Assembly: GCA_035557875.1 (NCBI GenBank)
Contig: DATMDI010000593.1
Coordinates: 1 to 25,450, forward strand
Direction: 5' to 3'
Length of the DNA: 25,450 nt
DNA from: Vicinamibacterales bacterium
GTDB taxonomy: Bacteria > Acidobacteriota > Vicinamibacteria > Vicinamibacterales > UBA2999
A program made the translations under genes and the position numbers. Below the pieces are notes generated by a model. It saw only the letters and a program-made list of their open reading frames with translations. It had not been told where the DNA came from and did not search any database. Shown here in pieces: positions 16,426-25,124 of the stretch; the stretch's first letter is position 1, and each line of letters begins with the position of its first letter.

Positions 16426-16498
16426 GCCTCGGGTGGCATGGTACATCGGACCCGCTGGGTCCGGTCCCGCGCCGCCGGCCGCGGGATGGCGAGCCAGG

Positions 16499-17143
16499 CT
16501 AGAGCCCGCCCCCTATCTGCAGCGACACGGTACCGGTGACGCCATTGAGGCCGCCGTCGTTGTAGCCGTTGTAGCCGTAGTAGCCCCAGTAGGGATCCCC
16601 GGTGAACCGATAGCCCACGCCGCCGGTGAACGCCAGGTGCTTGTTCATGTGCACGACGACGTTCGCCTCCGGCTCGAAAACGAAGATCCCCGACTGATAG
16701 CCGGCCGTCGCAAAGACCGGCCCGCCTCGCCCCGGACGCCCTTGCTGTGGATATGGGTAGTACTGCTGCGCGACTGTCGCTTCCCCGCCGCCGATGAGCG
16801 CCTTGAAACCGTAGCCGACCGGCCGATCGCGGTTGAGGTACACGCCGGTGACGAGGCCGAAGTACCACATATCGCGCTGGTTGGACGTGTCGGTGAGGCC
16901 GTAGCCGCCAGCACCAATGAAGAACGTGTTTTCGACGAGGTAGCCGCCGAACGCGCCAGCCACCACGGAGGTCTTGCCGTTGAAGTCGGTGATCTTGAAA
17001 TCAGGCGCGATGAACGCGCTGTTCCCGATGCGTTGCACGGTCATCGGTCCGGATGAGCCCTGTGCCGCGGCGGCGCGCGGCACCAGCGAGGCGGAGAGAA
17101 ATACGGCAACCGGCAGCACCCCAATCCAGCGTCTGGACACCAT
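16499..17143 (-). CDS. Putative small outer-membrane beta-barrel protein
   Basis: Signal peptide; alternating amphipathic strands (FFIGAGGYG, YFGLVTGV, FVFEPEANV, FTGGVGYRF, GVTGTVSLQIG); GGGGGTG SD-like sequence. Confidence 0.65.
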   Translation of the reverse strand: MVSRRWIGVLPVAVFLSASLVPRAAAAQGSSGPMTVQRIGNSAFIAPDFKITDFNGKTSVVAGAFGGYLVENTFFIGAGGYGLTDTSNQRDMWYFGLVTGVYLNRDRPVGYGFKALIGGGEATVAQQYYPYPQQGRPGRGGPVFATAGYQSGIFVFEPEANVVVHMNKHLAFTGGVGYRFTGDPYWGYYGYNGYNDGGLNGVTGTVSLQIGGGL

Positions 17144-17157
17144 GCATCACCCCCGCG

Positions 17158-18147
17158 CTAGCGCGATCGCAGGCTGACGTTGATCGGCATCGTCTGCCCC
17201 TGAGCCATCGTGATATCCGTCGAATAGGTGTCGAAGCCGTCTTTCGTGATTTCGATCCGATGCGGCCCCTCGGGCACCTCCACGATCAGACGATCTTGTC
17301 CCGAAGATTGCCATCGCTCGCCATCGATGAGAACGATGGCATCGGCCGGCTGCACGCGAATGGCGAGCGTGCCGAAGCCTGCGACGGCTCGGGCCGCGGG
17401 CGGCCGTCGCTGCGGTGCCTGCGGACTGGACCGCGTCTCAGGCGGCCCTTCGCCTTCGTCCGGCGGCGGCGTCGGACGGGGCTCGGCGACTTCGCCGGCC
17501 GCGAGCGGCTGCATCTCGTACGAGACCTTCAACGTCGATCCGGACGAGACGTGCAGCGACTGATGGACCGTCTTGAAGCCGTCGCGGTAGAGCGTCAACT
17601 CGTGACCGCCAGGCGGGACGCGGAGCCGTTGGAACGTACCGTCGAAGTCGTCGACGGTTCCGACCCTGTAGCCGTCCACGTAGACCTCGGCGTCCTTGGG
17701 CGTCACCTCGAGCCGAAACGACCCGCTCGCGTCGTACGCGCCACCGCCGTACGGGTAGTAGTACGGGTACCCGCCGTACGCGTACGGCCATCCCCATCCG
17801 GCGTAGAAGTAGGGAGAGCCATACCACCCATGCGCGTAGGGATATCCGTAGTAGCGGTAACCGTAGCCGTAGTACGGATAGCCCCCGCCGCCGGGACCAT
17901 AGACCGGCCTCCCGGGGCCATAAACCGGCCTGCCGCCATGTATCGGCGCACCAGCGCCCGGACCTCCGGGGCGTCCGCCACCGCCGCCGCCTGGCGGTGC
18001 ACCTCCACCAGGGCCGCCGCCACCAGTCCTTCCGCCGCCACCGCCACCGCCGCCCCCGCGGTTTTGCCCCGACGCGGGCATCGCGAGCGCGAGGATCAGG
18101 CTGAGCATCGACGCGGTGACGAACACAATCGGTTTCTGGACGCTCAC
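17158..18147 (-). CDS. PEGA-domain protein (two PEGA domains) with Gly-rich and Tyr-rich N-terminal region
   Basis: FRLEVTPKDAEVYVDGY..G.VDDFDG...RLRVPPGGHELTLYRDGFK and GTLAIRVQPADAIVLIDG...VPEGPHRIEITKDGF. GTG 18147 with GAGG SD preferred. Confidence 0.85.
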   Translation of the reverse strand: MSVQKPIVFVTASMLSLILALAMPASGQNRGGGGGGGGGRTGGGGPGGGAPPGGGGGGRPGGPGAGAPIHGGRPVYGPGRPVYGPGGGGYPYYGYGYRYYGYPYAHGWYGSPYFYAGWGWPYAYGGYPYYYPYGGGAYDASGSFRLEVTPKDAEVYVDGYRVGTVDDFDGTFQRLRVPPGGHELTLYRDGFKTVHQSLHVSSGSTLKVSYEMQPLAAGEVAEPRPTPPPDEGEGPPETRSSPQAPQRRPPAARAVAGFGTLAIRVQPADAIVLIDGERWQSSGQDRLIVEVPEGPHRIEITKDGFDTYSTDITMAQGQTMPINVSLRSR

Positions 18148-18291
18148 GAGCACCTCAAGAGGATGCAGGCGTCGTTGCAATGGAAATACCAACGGCCGAG
18201 CCGCATGAATGTGGGCAATCGGCGCATTCGCGGTGTCGTTCGAATAAGACACCGCCCTGATCTCAGAGCGCTCCGGTGTCCGCGCGCAGTG

Positions 18292-19383
18292 CTAGGCGCA
18301 GCGTTTCGAGGCGATTTCCTCGCGCTTGGCTTTGAACGCGCTCACCCATTCGTCGATCGCCGGGAACCCGGAGAGGGCGCGGCCGGGCTCGCGCACGCGC
18401 AGCGTGACGCGGGCCACGTCGAAGAGGTCGTGGAGCTGCTTGTCGGAGAACTGCGTCAGCAGGTCGGCCAGAAAGCGGCGGCCGGCTTCTGAGATCACGG
18501 GCTTGTGAAGGGTGCCTGTCAACGACTTCTCGAGGTTGCCGACGCACCCGGGCTCGTCCTTCCACACCGGCGTCTCCCGCCATCGCTTCAGGTTGGCACC
18601 GCTCGCCTCGTTGGTGTTGGTGAAGGTGGCGGCGCCGAACGTGAGACCAACGTCGCTGACCATCAGGAACGGGTCGTTGCAGACGCCCGACTCCGACACG
18701 CCGCCCAGGCACAGGATGCGCTGCTGCCGCGCCTTGGTGTCGGTGTGCTGGATCATCACCGCGAGCAAGGCCAGCGCCTCGCGATGCGCCTTCGGCGCAC
18801 CACCGGCACGCGGCTCCGTTCGCAGCACGTCGTCCCACGCCCAGCCGCCGTCCTCACCCGACGGCCATTCGGTGCCGCGCATCTTGCGCTCGATCACGGC
18901 CGGATCGAAGCGATACTCCTTGCCCGGCCGCTCGATCCCCCCGAGTTCCCGCGGGCAGCCCCGGCAGACGACGTTGACGGGATACATGGCGTCGGCGCCG
19001 AACCCGAGCGCCCACAGCAGCCGCGTGGCGAGCACTTCGCCATAGACCTCGCCGTTGGTGCCGCCGTACTTCACCTTGATTTCGTCGTCCTCGCCGCGCT
19101 TGCAGGCGAACTTCGGCGAGAGCCCGGCCAGCTTCTTGTCGAGGTAATCGCAGGCCACCATGGCGTTGCGCGAAAAGCTGTCGGGGCGCTGCGGACCGGC
19201 AAGCACGTCCATCGCGGCAATCCTGGTCGGCCGCCATACCGCGGCCCGGGCCAGCACGTCCGCGCGTGCATTGTCGTTTCGGGAAGGCAAGGCGGGCGAG
19301 CTTTGCCGTCGCTCGGCGAGCAGCGCGCCGGAAGCCGACGCAAACGCCGCCAGAAAGGCCACCAGACGAAGCTGCGCTGTCAT
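18292..19383 (-). CDS. Secreted hypothetical protein with atypical kinase (PI3/4K, HipA, Fam20C, CotH-like) motifs
   Basis: Signal peptide; LAGLSPKF, IKVKYG, GEVYGEVLATRLLWALGF, MIQHTDTKARQQRIL, MVSDVGLTFG in the expected order. CDS is solid; the function call is inference. Confidence 0.6.
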   Translation of the reverse strand: MTAQLRLVAFLAAFASASGALLAERRQSSPALPSRNDNARADVLARAAVWRPTRIAAMDVLAGPQRPDSFSRNAMVACDYLDKKLAGLSPKFACKRGEDDEIKVKYGGTNGEVYGEVLATRLLWALGFGADAMYPVNVVCRGCPRELGGIERPGKEYRFDPAVIERKMRGTEWPSGEDGGWAWDDVLRTEPRAGGAPKAHREALALLAVMIQHTDTKARQQRILCLGGVSESGVCNDPFLMVSDVGLTFGAATFTNTNEASGANLKRWRETPVWKDEPGCVGNLEKSLTGTLHKPVISEAGRRFLADLLTQFSDKQLHDLFDVARVTLRVREPGRALSGFPAIDEWVSAFKAKREEIASKRCA

Positions 19384-19438
19384 AGCAGCTGGGGTGCTGC
19401 AAGAACGCTTCCCGCGCCCCTGACGAGCTAGCAGCTAC

Positions 19439-20560
19439 CTAGGCGAGGGCGCGGCTGGCGAGCTCGGCACCCCGGCTCAAGGCGCGCAGCTTGGCCCAGG
19501 CGATTTGCGGATGAGTGCGGCCGCCGAACCCGCAGTCGCAGCTCGCGATGACCCGCTCGGGGCCCACGAGCCGCGCGAAGCGCTGGATACGTTCCGATAC
19601 CAGCTCAGGATGCTCGATCAGATCGGTCGAATGGGTCACGACACCGGGCAGGATCACCTTGCCCGGCGGCAGCGCCACGCGTTCCCACACGCGATACTCG
19701 TGTTCGTGCCGCACGTTCGCGGCCTCGAAGGAATAGAAGCGCGCCTTCACCGCCAGCATCACGTCCACCAGATCGGCCATCGGCAGGTCGAACGCGTGCG
19801 GGCCGTGCCAGCTGCCCCAGCAGAAGTGATAACGCACGCGGTCCTCGGGCACGTTGCGCAGCGCATGGTTCAGCGCTTCCACCCGGGTGAAGCAGCGGGC
19901 CCTGAACGCGTCGAGTCCCATGACGACGCCGATGCGATCCCAGAGCGCGGCCGTCCACGCGTCGTCGATCTGCAGCAGGAACCCGGCATTCACGATCGCT
20001 TCGTACTCGACCCGCAGCGCCTCCGCCAGAGCCCAGACGAACTCCTCCGCCGTCTTGTAGTACTCGTTGCCGCGATACGGCTCGAGGCTCGAGGGCGCGG
20101 TGCTGGTGAGAAAGCATTGCGACGGATCGCCCGCCACCGCCTTCAGCGTGCCGATCTCGCGCGCGAGCGCGTCGCCCCCGGTGTAGGTGATGGGGCCGGT
20201 GGCGGCGGTGTAGCGGCGCACCAGCTTCATGCGGTTGTCGCCGGTGAAGAAAAGCGTCTGCCGCTCGGCCGCGTGCCGATAGAACTCGGCGAAGGTCTCG
20301 CGATCCTGCCCCTTCGCCACGATCGATCCGCCGGCCGGCACCGGACGCTCCTCGAATCCCCCCAGCCGGTGATCCATGAACGCGAGCCAGTCGCCCTGCT
20401 TGGTCAGCTCGCCCTCGTTGATGATGTCGAGGCCAGCGGCGCGTTGCTCCGCCACCACCCACGCCACGGCGTCGTGCCAGGCCGCCGCGTCGTGCTCGAT
20501 CGTCGGGTCGAAGCCGGGCGGGCCCGGGAGGCTCCCCACGTGGGTCGTCAGGATGCTCAC
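19439..20560 (-). CDS. Cobalamin-independent methionine synthase II-like protein (single catalytic barrel)
   Basis: ILTTHVGSLP, LLQIDD, Zn ligands HFCWG (H-x-C), SFEAAN, ASCDCGFG. At 373 aa it lacks the N-terminal folate-binding half of full MetE. Confidence 0.85.
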   Translation of the reverse strand: MSILTTHVGSLPGPPGFDPTIEHDAAAWHDAVAWVVAEQRAAGLDIINEGELTKQGDWLAFMDHRLGGFEERPVPAGGSIVAKGQDRETFAEFYRHAAERQTLFFTGDNRMKLVRRYTAATGPITYTGGDALAREIGTLKAVAGDPSQCFLTSTAPSSLEPYRGNEYYKTAEEFVWALAEALRVEYEAIVNAGFLLQIDDAWTAALWDRIGVVMGLDAFRARCFTRVEALNHALRNVPEDRVRYHFCWGSWHGPHAFDLPMADLVDVMLAVKARFYSFEAANVRHEHEYRVWERVALPPGKVILPGVVTHSTDLIEHPELVSERIQRFARLVGPERVIASCDCGFGGRTHPQIAWAKLRALSRGAELASRALA

Positions 20561-20568
20561 GGGGGCAG

Positions 20569-20574
20569 AGACTA
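20569..20574 (-). promoter_or_regulatory. Putative -10 box (TAGTCT) 8 nt before GTG 20560
   Basis: No SD; 65-nt divergent intergenic region. Confidence 0.42.
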
Positions 20575-20610
20575 CACCAGTGGCCGGTCTCGGCTACCAG
20601 CCGCGTTCTG

Positions 20611-20619
20611 TGGCAGGAT
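20611..20619 (+). promoter_or_regulatory. Putative extended -10 (TGn-CAGGAT) 6 nt before ATG 20626
   Basis: No SD; first -10 position non-consensus. Confidence 0.35.
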
Positions 20620-20625
20620 TCGTCC

Positions 20626-21303
20626 ATGCGCAAACCCAGCACCCGCCGCTCGATCCTGACCGGGGCCGCCGCCGCGGCGGCCTTTTCGCTCGCACCAGGA
20701 AGTGCCCGCGCGCAGGCCCCGGCGCGGCGCTATCAGCCCGCCCGCCACTCGCAGGACGAATGGCTCGACGCCGTGCCCGGCACCCACCGCACCGTCATCG
20801 ACTGCGCGAGCACGGCCAGCGCCGGCGCCGGCATCCTCTACGCGAACAACCTGTATGTCGCCAACGCGCGCGGCTACTCGCTGAAAGAGCCGGACGTGGC
20901 CATCGTCGTCTGCCTGCGCCACTTGGCGACCGTGTTCGCGTTCAACGACGTGGTGTGGGCGAAATACGGCCAGGCCTTGAGCGATGCGGTGCAGTTCACC
21001 GATCCGAAGACCGGGCAGCCGCCTTCGAGCAACCTGCTCGACGCGAGCGGGTACGGCATGGCGCTGCCCAACGGCGGCGTCACCATCGCGTCGGTGGCCA
21101 AGCGCGGCACGCAGTTCGCCGTGTGCGACATGGCGGCCAACAGGCTCGCGGGCCTGGTGGCGACGTCGACGAAGGGGGTGCAGGAAGCGGTCTACACCGA
21201 GTTCGTCCGCAACCTGATCCCGAACAGCCACCTGATGGCGGCCGGCGTGGTGGCAGTGAACCGGGCGCAGGAATACGGATACACGCTGCTGACCGCGGTC
21301 TGA
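20626..21303 (+). CDS. Tat-exported DsrE/DsrF-like protein
   Basis: STRRSILTGAAAAAA...ARAQ Tat signal; GTQFAVCDMAA and AAGVVAVNRAQEYGY match the DsrE/F-like C-terminal pattern. Confidence 0.62.
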   Translation: MRKPSTRRSILTGAAAAAAFSLAPGSARAQAPARRYQPARHSQDEWLDAVPGTHRTVIDCASTASAGAGILYANNLYVANARGYSLKEPDVAIVVCLRHLATVFAFNDVVWAKYGQALSDAVQFTDPKTGQPPSSNLLDASGYGMALPNGGVTIASVAKRGTQFAVCDMAANRLAGLVATSTKGVQEAVYTEFVRNLIPNSHLMAAGVVAVNRAQEYGYTLLTAV

Positions 21304-21324
21304 CGGACGGCTCCCGAGATCCTC

Positions 21325-21330
21325 TACACT
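21325..21330 (+). promoter_or_regulatory. Putative -10 box (TACACT) 8 nt before ATG 21339
   Basis: No SD. Confidence 0.42.
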
Positions 21331-21338
21331 CGGGTCCG

Positions 21339-23465
21339 ATGACCCGACGTTCCGCCCTCGTCCCGGGATTGGCAGCCTGCGCGCTGGCGGCCGTTCAGCT
21401 CTCGTCCCGCGCTCAAGAGCCACTCGCGCAGTCGGCGCCCTCCTATACCGCCGCGCAGGCGGCTGCCGGCAAGGCCGCTTACGACACGAGCTGCGCCAGC
21501 TGTCACGGCGGCAACCTCGACGACGGCGCGCTGGCCCCGGCGCTCAAGGGCGTCGCCTTCGTGCAGAAGTACGGCGGCAAGAGCGTGGAGAACCTGTTCG
21601 CGAAGGTGGCGTCGATGCCGCCCGCCAGCCCCAACTCGCTCGGCGCCGCCGCCACCGCGCGCATCACCGCGTATCTGCTCCAGGCGAACGCGATCGTGGC
21701 CGGCACGAACGAGCTGCCGTCGGATCAGGGCGCGCTGGCGCGCATGGTCATTCCCGTCGGCGGCTTCAGCGTGACGGCCTACTCACCCTACGCGCCGTCG
21801 TTGCCCGCCGTGAAGCGGCCGAACCCGCTCGATGCGTTCACGCCGATCTCCGATGCCCAGCTCGTCGAGCCCGCGGCGCAGGACTGGCTCACCTGGCGGC
21901 GCAGCTACGACGCGCAAGGCTTCAGCCCGCTCACGCAGATCACGGCACGCAACGTTGCGGGACTGCGCGTCGCGTGGAGCTGGACGCTGCCGCCCGGATC
22001 CTCCGAGTCGACGCCGCTGGTGCACGACGGTGTGCTGTTCGTGCAGGGCGCCAACGACCGCGTGCAGGCGCTCGACGCCCGCACCGGCGACCTGTTGTGG
22101 CAGTACGACCGCCGCCTGCCCGAGGGCGTCGCCGGCAGCTTCAAGCGCGGCCTGGCGCTGCACGGCAACCGGATCTACATGGGCACGTCGGACGTGCACG
22201 TGATCGCGCTCGACGCGAAGACCGGCAAGCTGGTGTGGGAGCAGACCATCGGCGACCCGAAGGTGCGCGAGCAGATCGGCGGCGGCCCGCTGGTGGCGAA
22301 GGGCAAGGTGATGATCGGGACCGTCGGCACCGGCGTCGGCGCCAAACCGGGCGGGCCCGAGATCGTCGGCCTGGACGCCGAGACCGGACGCCTCGCCTGG
22401 CGCGTCCACACCATCGCGCAGCCGGGCACGCCGGGCGGCGACAGCTGGAACGGCATGCCGCTGCAGCAGCGGAGCGGGGCTTCGGTGTGGACGCCCGGCA
22501 GCTACGATCCCGGGACCGGTCTCGCCTACTTCGGCACCGGCAACACCTACGACACCGGCCCGCTGGTGAAGCCGGCCGGGACGCCAGGCGTCACCAACGA
22601 CGCGCTCTACACCGATTCGACGCTGGCGATCGATCCCGACACCGGCACGGTGAAGTGGCACTTCCAGCACCATCCCAACGATCAGTGGGACCTGGACTGG
22701 GCGTTCGAGCGGCAGCTCGCGCGGCTGCCCGTCAACGGCGAGAGCCGTACGGTGATGTTCACCGCCGGGAAGATCGGCATCTACGACGCACTCGACGCCA
22801 GGTCGGGGCAGTATCTGTTCTCGATCGATCTCGGGCTGAACAACCTGGTGACCGCGATCGATCCGAAGACCGGCGCCAAGACCTTCAATCCCGGCCTGGT
22901 GCCCGGCGACGGCCAGGTGAAGATGGTGTGCCCGCATGCCGCCGGCGCGAAGAACTGGCTGCCCGCCTCGTACTCGCCTGCCGCCAAGGCGCTGTTCGTG
23001 CCGATCGTCGAAGCCTGCATGGACCTCTTTCCCGTGCCCGGCGGCGGACGCGGCGGCCTCTCGACCGGCGTGAACCTGGGTGTGCGGCCACGTCCCGACA
23101 GCGACGGGAACTACGGCCGCCTGCAGGCGATCAATCTCGAGACCCGCAAGACGCTGTGGACCACGCGCCATCGGGCGCCGATTACGACGGGGACGCTCGC
23201 GACCGCGGGTGGCGTGGTATTCGCCGGCGCGCTGGATCGATCGCTGCGCGCCTACGACGCCGCCAACGGCAAGGTGCTGTGGGAGACGCGCCTGAACGAC
23301 GTGTCGAGCGCGGTGCCGATCTCCTACGCCGTGAACGGCAAGCAGTACATCGCGATCGTCGCCGGCCGCGGCGGCTTCCACTACGCGAGCTACGCGCCGC
23401 TCGTGCCGGAACTGACGCCACCGCCGGATCGCGGCTCGTCGCTGTGGGTGTTCGAGCTTCCCTGA
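21339..23465 (+). CDS. PQQ-dependent dehydrogenase-family beta-propeller with N-terminal cytochrome c
   Basis: 3' part of ORF 20376..23465. CASCHG; WLTWRRSYDAQGFSPLTQI, STPLVHDG, ALDARTG..LW, GTGN, PNDQWDLD, PISYAVNGKQYIAI. Confidence 0.9.
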   Translation: MTRRSALVPGLAACALAAVQLSSRAQEPLAQSAPSYTAAQAAAGKAAYDTSCASCHGGNLDDGALAPALKGVAFVQKYGGKSVENLFAKVASMPPASPNSLGAAATARITAYLLQANAIVAGTNELPSDQGALARMVIPVGGFSVTAYSPYAPSLPAVKRPNPLDAFTPISDAQLVEPAAQDWLTWRRSYDAQGFSPLTQITARNVAGLRVAWSWTLPPGSSESTPLVHDGVLFVQGANDRVQALDARTGDLLWQYDRRLPEGVAGSFKRGLALHGNRIYMGTSDVHVIALDAKTGKLVWEQTIGDPKVREQIGGGPLVAKGKVMIGTVGTGVGAKPGGPEIVGLDAETGRLAWRVHTIAQPGTPGGDSWNGMPLQQRSGASVWTPGSYDPGTGLAYFGTGNTYDTGPLVKPAGTPGVTNDALYTDSTLAIDPDTGTVKWHFQHHPNDQWDLDWAFERQLARLPVNGESRTVMFTAGKIGIYDALDARSGQYLFSIDLGLNNLVTAIDPKTGAKTFNPGLVPGDGQVKMVCPHAAGAKNWLPASYSPAAKALFVPIVEACMDLFPVPGGGRGGLSTGVNLGVRPRPDSDGNYGRLQAINLETRKTLWTTRHRAPITTGTLATAGGVVFAGALDRSLRAYDAANGKVLWETRLNDVSSAVPISYAVNGKQYIAIVAGRGGFHYASYAPLVPELTPPPDRGSSLWVFELP

Positions 23466-23473
23466 AGCCTGGG

Positions 23474-23796
23474 TCACGAACGCGTCGATGTTCCGAACTG
23501 GAGCATGTAGCCGTTGTTGTCGTCGATCGCGAACTCGCGCATGCCGTAATGGAACTCTTCCATCGGGTAGGCTATTTCCAATAGAGGGCCCCGGTGAAGC
23601 CAGGCGTGTCGAATGGAACATGGTCGTTCGGCGTCGCGACCATCAGTCCCACGCCGTCGCGAGACAGCGACGCCCAACCGTCCTCCTCGCTCAGCCCATC
23701 ACACGTAAAGCCCAATCGGTCCGTCCAGAATCGCACCGTTCCAGGCAGATCTTTGGTTCGCAGCATCGGCCGCAGCGACCGAAAGGTCACACTCAT
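23474..23796 (-). pseudogene. VOC (glyoxalase/bleomycin-resistance) family gene broken by an internal deletion/frameshift
   Basis: N-half MSVTFRSLRPMLRTKDL...GFTGALY (stop 23572) and C-half EIAYPMEEFHYGMREFAIDDNNGYMLQFG in another frame, joined at ...CTCTATTGGAAATAGCC; good SD GAGAGGG. Confidence 0.75.
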
Positions 23797-23867
23797 CGTC
23801 CCTCTCGCTTGTCCACCATGGCCGTTTCAACTCGCCGTCCTTGCGTCCGATCGTCGGCTGCAGCCTC

Positions 23868-24611
23868 CTAGCCAGCCGGCGAGAATTCAACCGCGATTCC
23901 AAAGTGGTCCGACATTCGTCGATCGGGCCTCGGTGTGTCCGGCCAGCGATGGACGCTCCGACAGCGGCGCCGCAAGGCCTCGGACACGCATACGTGGTCG
24001 ATGCACGCATTCGTCGGAGAACCTCGCCGAACCGGGTCATCACCAGACGCAGTGAGGGCGATCAAGTCAGCCTGCTGTAGCGCGGCCGTAAGCCGCAGCC
24101 GATTCGCGCGCGACCCATAGTAGTGAGTGTCGGCCAGGTCCTGATTGAAGTCGCCGGCCACCATGAGGTCGTGGTCGGGATGAATTCGTCGGATTGCGCG
24201 CCAGTCCGCGGCCTGAACGTCGAGTGCCGCCTCGAACGCCTTCCCGTCCACCGCCTCGATGCCGCGCCACGAGCTGCCTAGCCACGGAAGGACAGTTCCG
24301 TACACGATCAGTGGAGTGCCGCGAGCAGGTGCTATTCGAGCCGCGACCGCACGGACAGGATCGGACGTCGAAGGGAGGGGCTCGATTGGAAACCGCGACC
24401 AGATGCTGACCCATCGCTCACCAGGGCCGCTGGCTCGATCAGCGCCGGACGTAGACGCGCTTCGATACTCGGGACCTGGCCCAACATCGTCATGGGTTTC
24501 TGTCAACACCCACACATCGGCCTCGACTGCCTGGATCTGCCCAGCAACCAACTTTCGTCGGCGCCGTGCCGAAGGCACCGGTCGAGCAACGTTCCACGTC
24601 GCCACTCTCAT
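23868..24611 (-). CDS. Endonuclease/exonuclease/phosphatase (EEP) family protein
   Basis: MRVATWNV, VLTETH, AGDFNQD, CIDHVCVS, MSDHFGI. ATG 24611 with GGAG upstream preferred over 24923. Confidence 0.88.
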   Translation of the reverse strand: MRVATWNVARPVPSARRRRKLVAGQIQAVEADVWVLTETHDDVGPGPEYRSASTSGADRASGPGERWVSIWSRFPIEPLPSTSDPVRAVAARIAPARGTPLIVYGTVLPWLGSSWRGIEAVDGKAFEAALDVQAADWRAIRRIHPDHDLMVAGDFNQDLADTHYYGSRANRLRLTAALQQADLIALTASGDDPVRRGSPTNACIDHVCVSEALRRRCRSVHRWPDTPRPDRRMSDHFGIAVEFSPAG

Positions 24612-25124
24612 GCCGCTGAACACTCCGTCTCGTGATCGCTTCTCTTGGCCAACTGCTACCGGATTGCGAAGCGGTCGCCGCACCCGCTGCATGACCGGAT
24701 ATGACGCGGCGCCAACTCGTTCGCGGCAGGAAGTATAAAGCGTGCCCTGTGAAACGGCCGCCGCGCGATCGAGTTCTGCATGGTCCGATATCGTGCAGCA
24801 GTCCCGCGACACCGCAGACTCAGCCCTGCGGTCACGCCTCGGCTGACGGCGCGGCCGGAGCGACAGCGCAAGACACTGAGCCGGCCACGAGGTTCCCGTT
24901 GATACAGCTGCGCATGTCGTCACGAAAAGCTCTATCGACCCCTCTTTGTTCTTGACAGGTTTTCGGGCCGGGGTCCGCGGCGGTTCGAGACGCCAGCCAA
25001 ACAGGCTCTTGGGTGCGCCCAGATCCCGCGAGGAACGCGAACATCAGTCGAGACATCCTCAGAATCCTTTCGTGCCGCGTGCGCGTCACGACGCGCCACT
25101 CGGCGCGTCGAAGATCACTGGGTT

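Noticed and set aside
16447-16463. Perfect 7-bp hairpin cggaccc-gct-gggtccg
   Set aside because: No U-tract and no REP cap; cannot distinguish terminator, operator or chance at this GC.
17880-18060. Triplet-like GCC/CCG repeat tract
   Set aside because: Explained by the poly-Gly/Pro codons of the PEGA protein; not a CRISPR array or tandem DNA repeat.
22675-22710. WDLD as a lanthanide-binding D-x-D signature
   Set aside because: D-x-D also occurs in non-lanthanide PQQ enzymes such as membrane glucose dehydrogenase, and the Glu ligand seems absent, so Ln dependence is unsupported.
48-23621. Many long alternative-frame and antisense ORFs (847..1920+, 4336..5763+, 4430..5794-, 7211..8851+, 18505..19431+, 19505..20659+, 21783..23621-, 21974..23584+ and others)
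   Set aside because: Arg/Ala/Gly-rich shadows of real genes, expected at this GC; no family motifs.
6064-24611. Alkaline phosphatase, GlpQ and EEP as a phosphate-scavenging cluster
   Set aside because: The genes are dispersed, on different strands, and no Pho box was recognised.
24952-24957. Perfect TTGACA -35 hexamer
   Set aside because: No -10 box 16-18 nt downstream.
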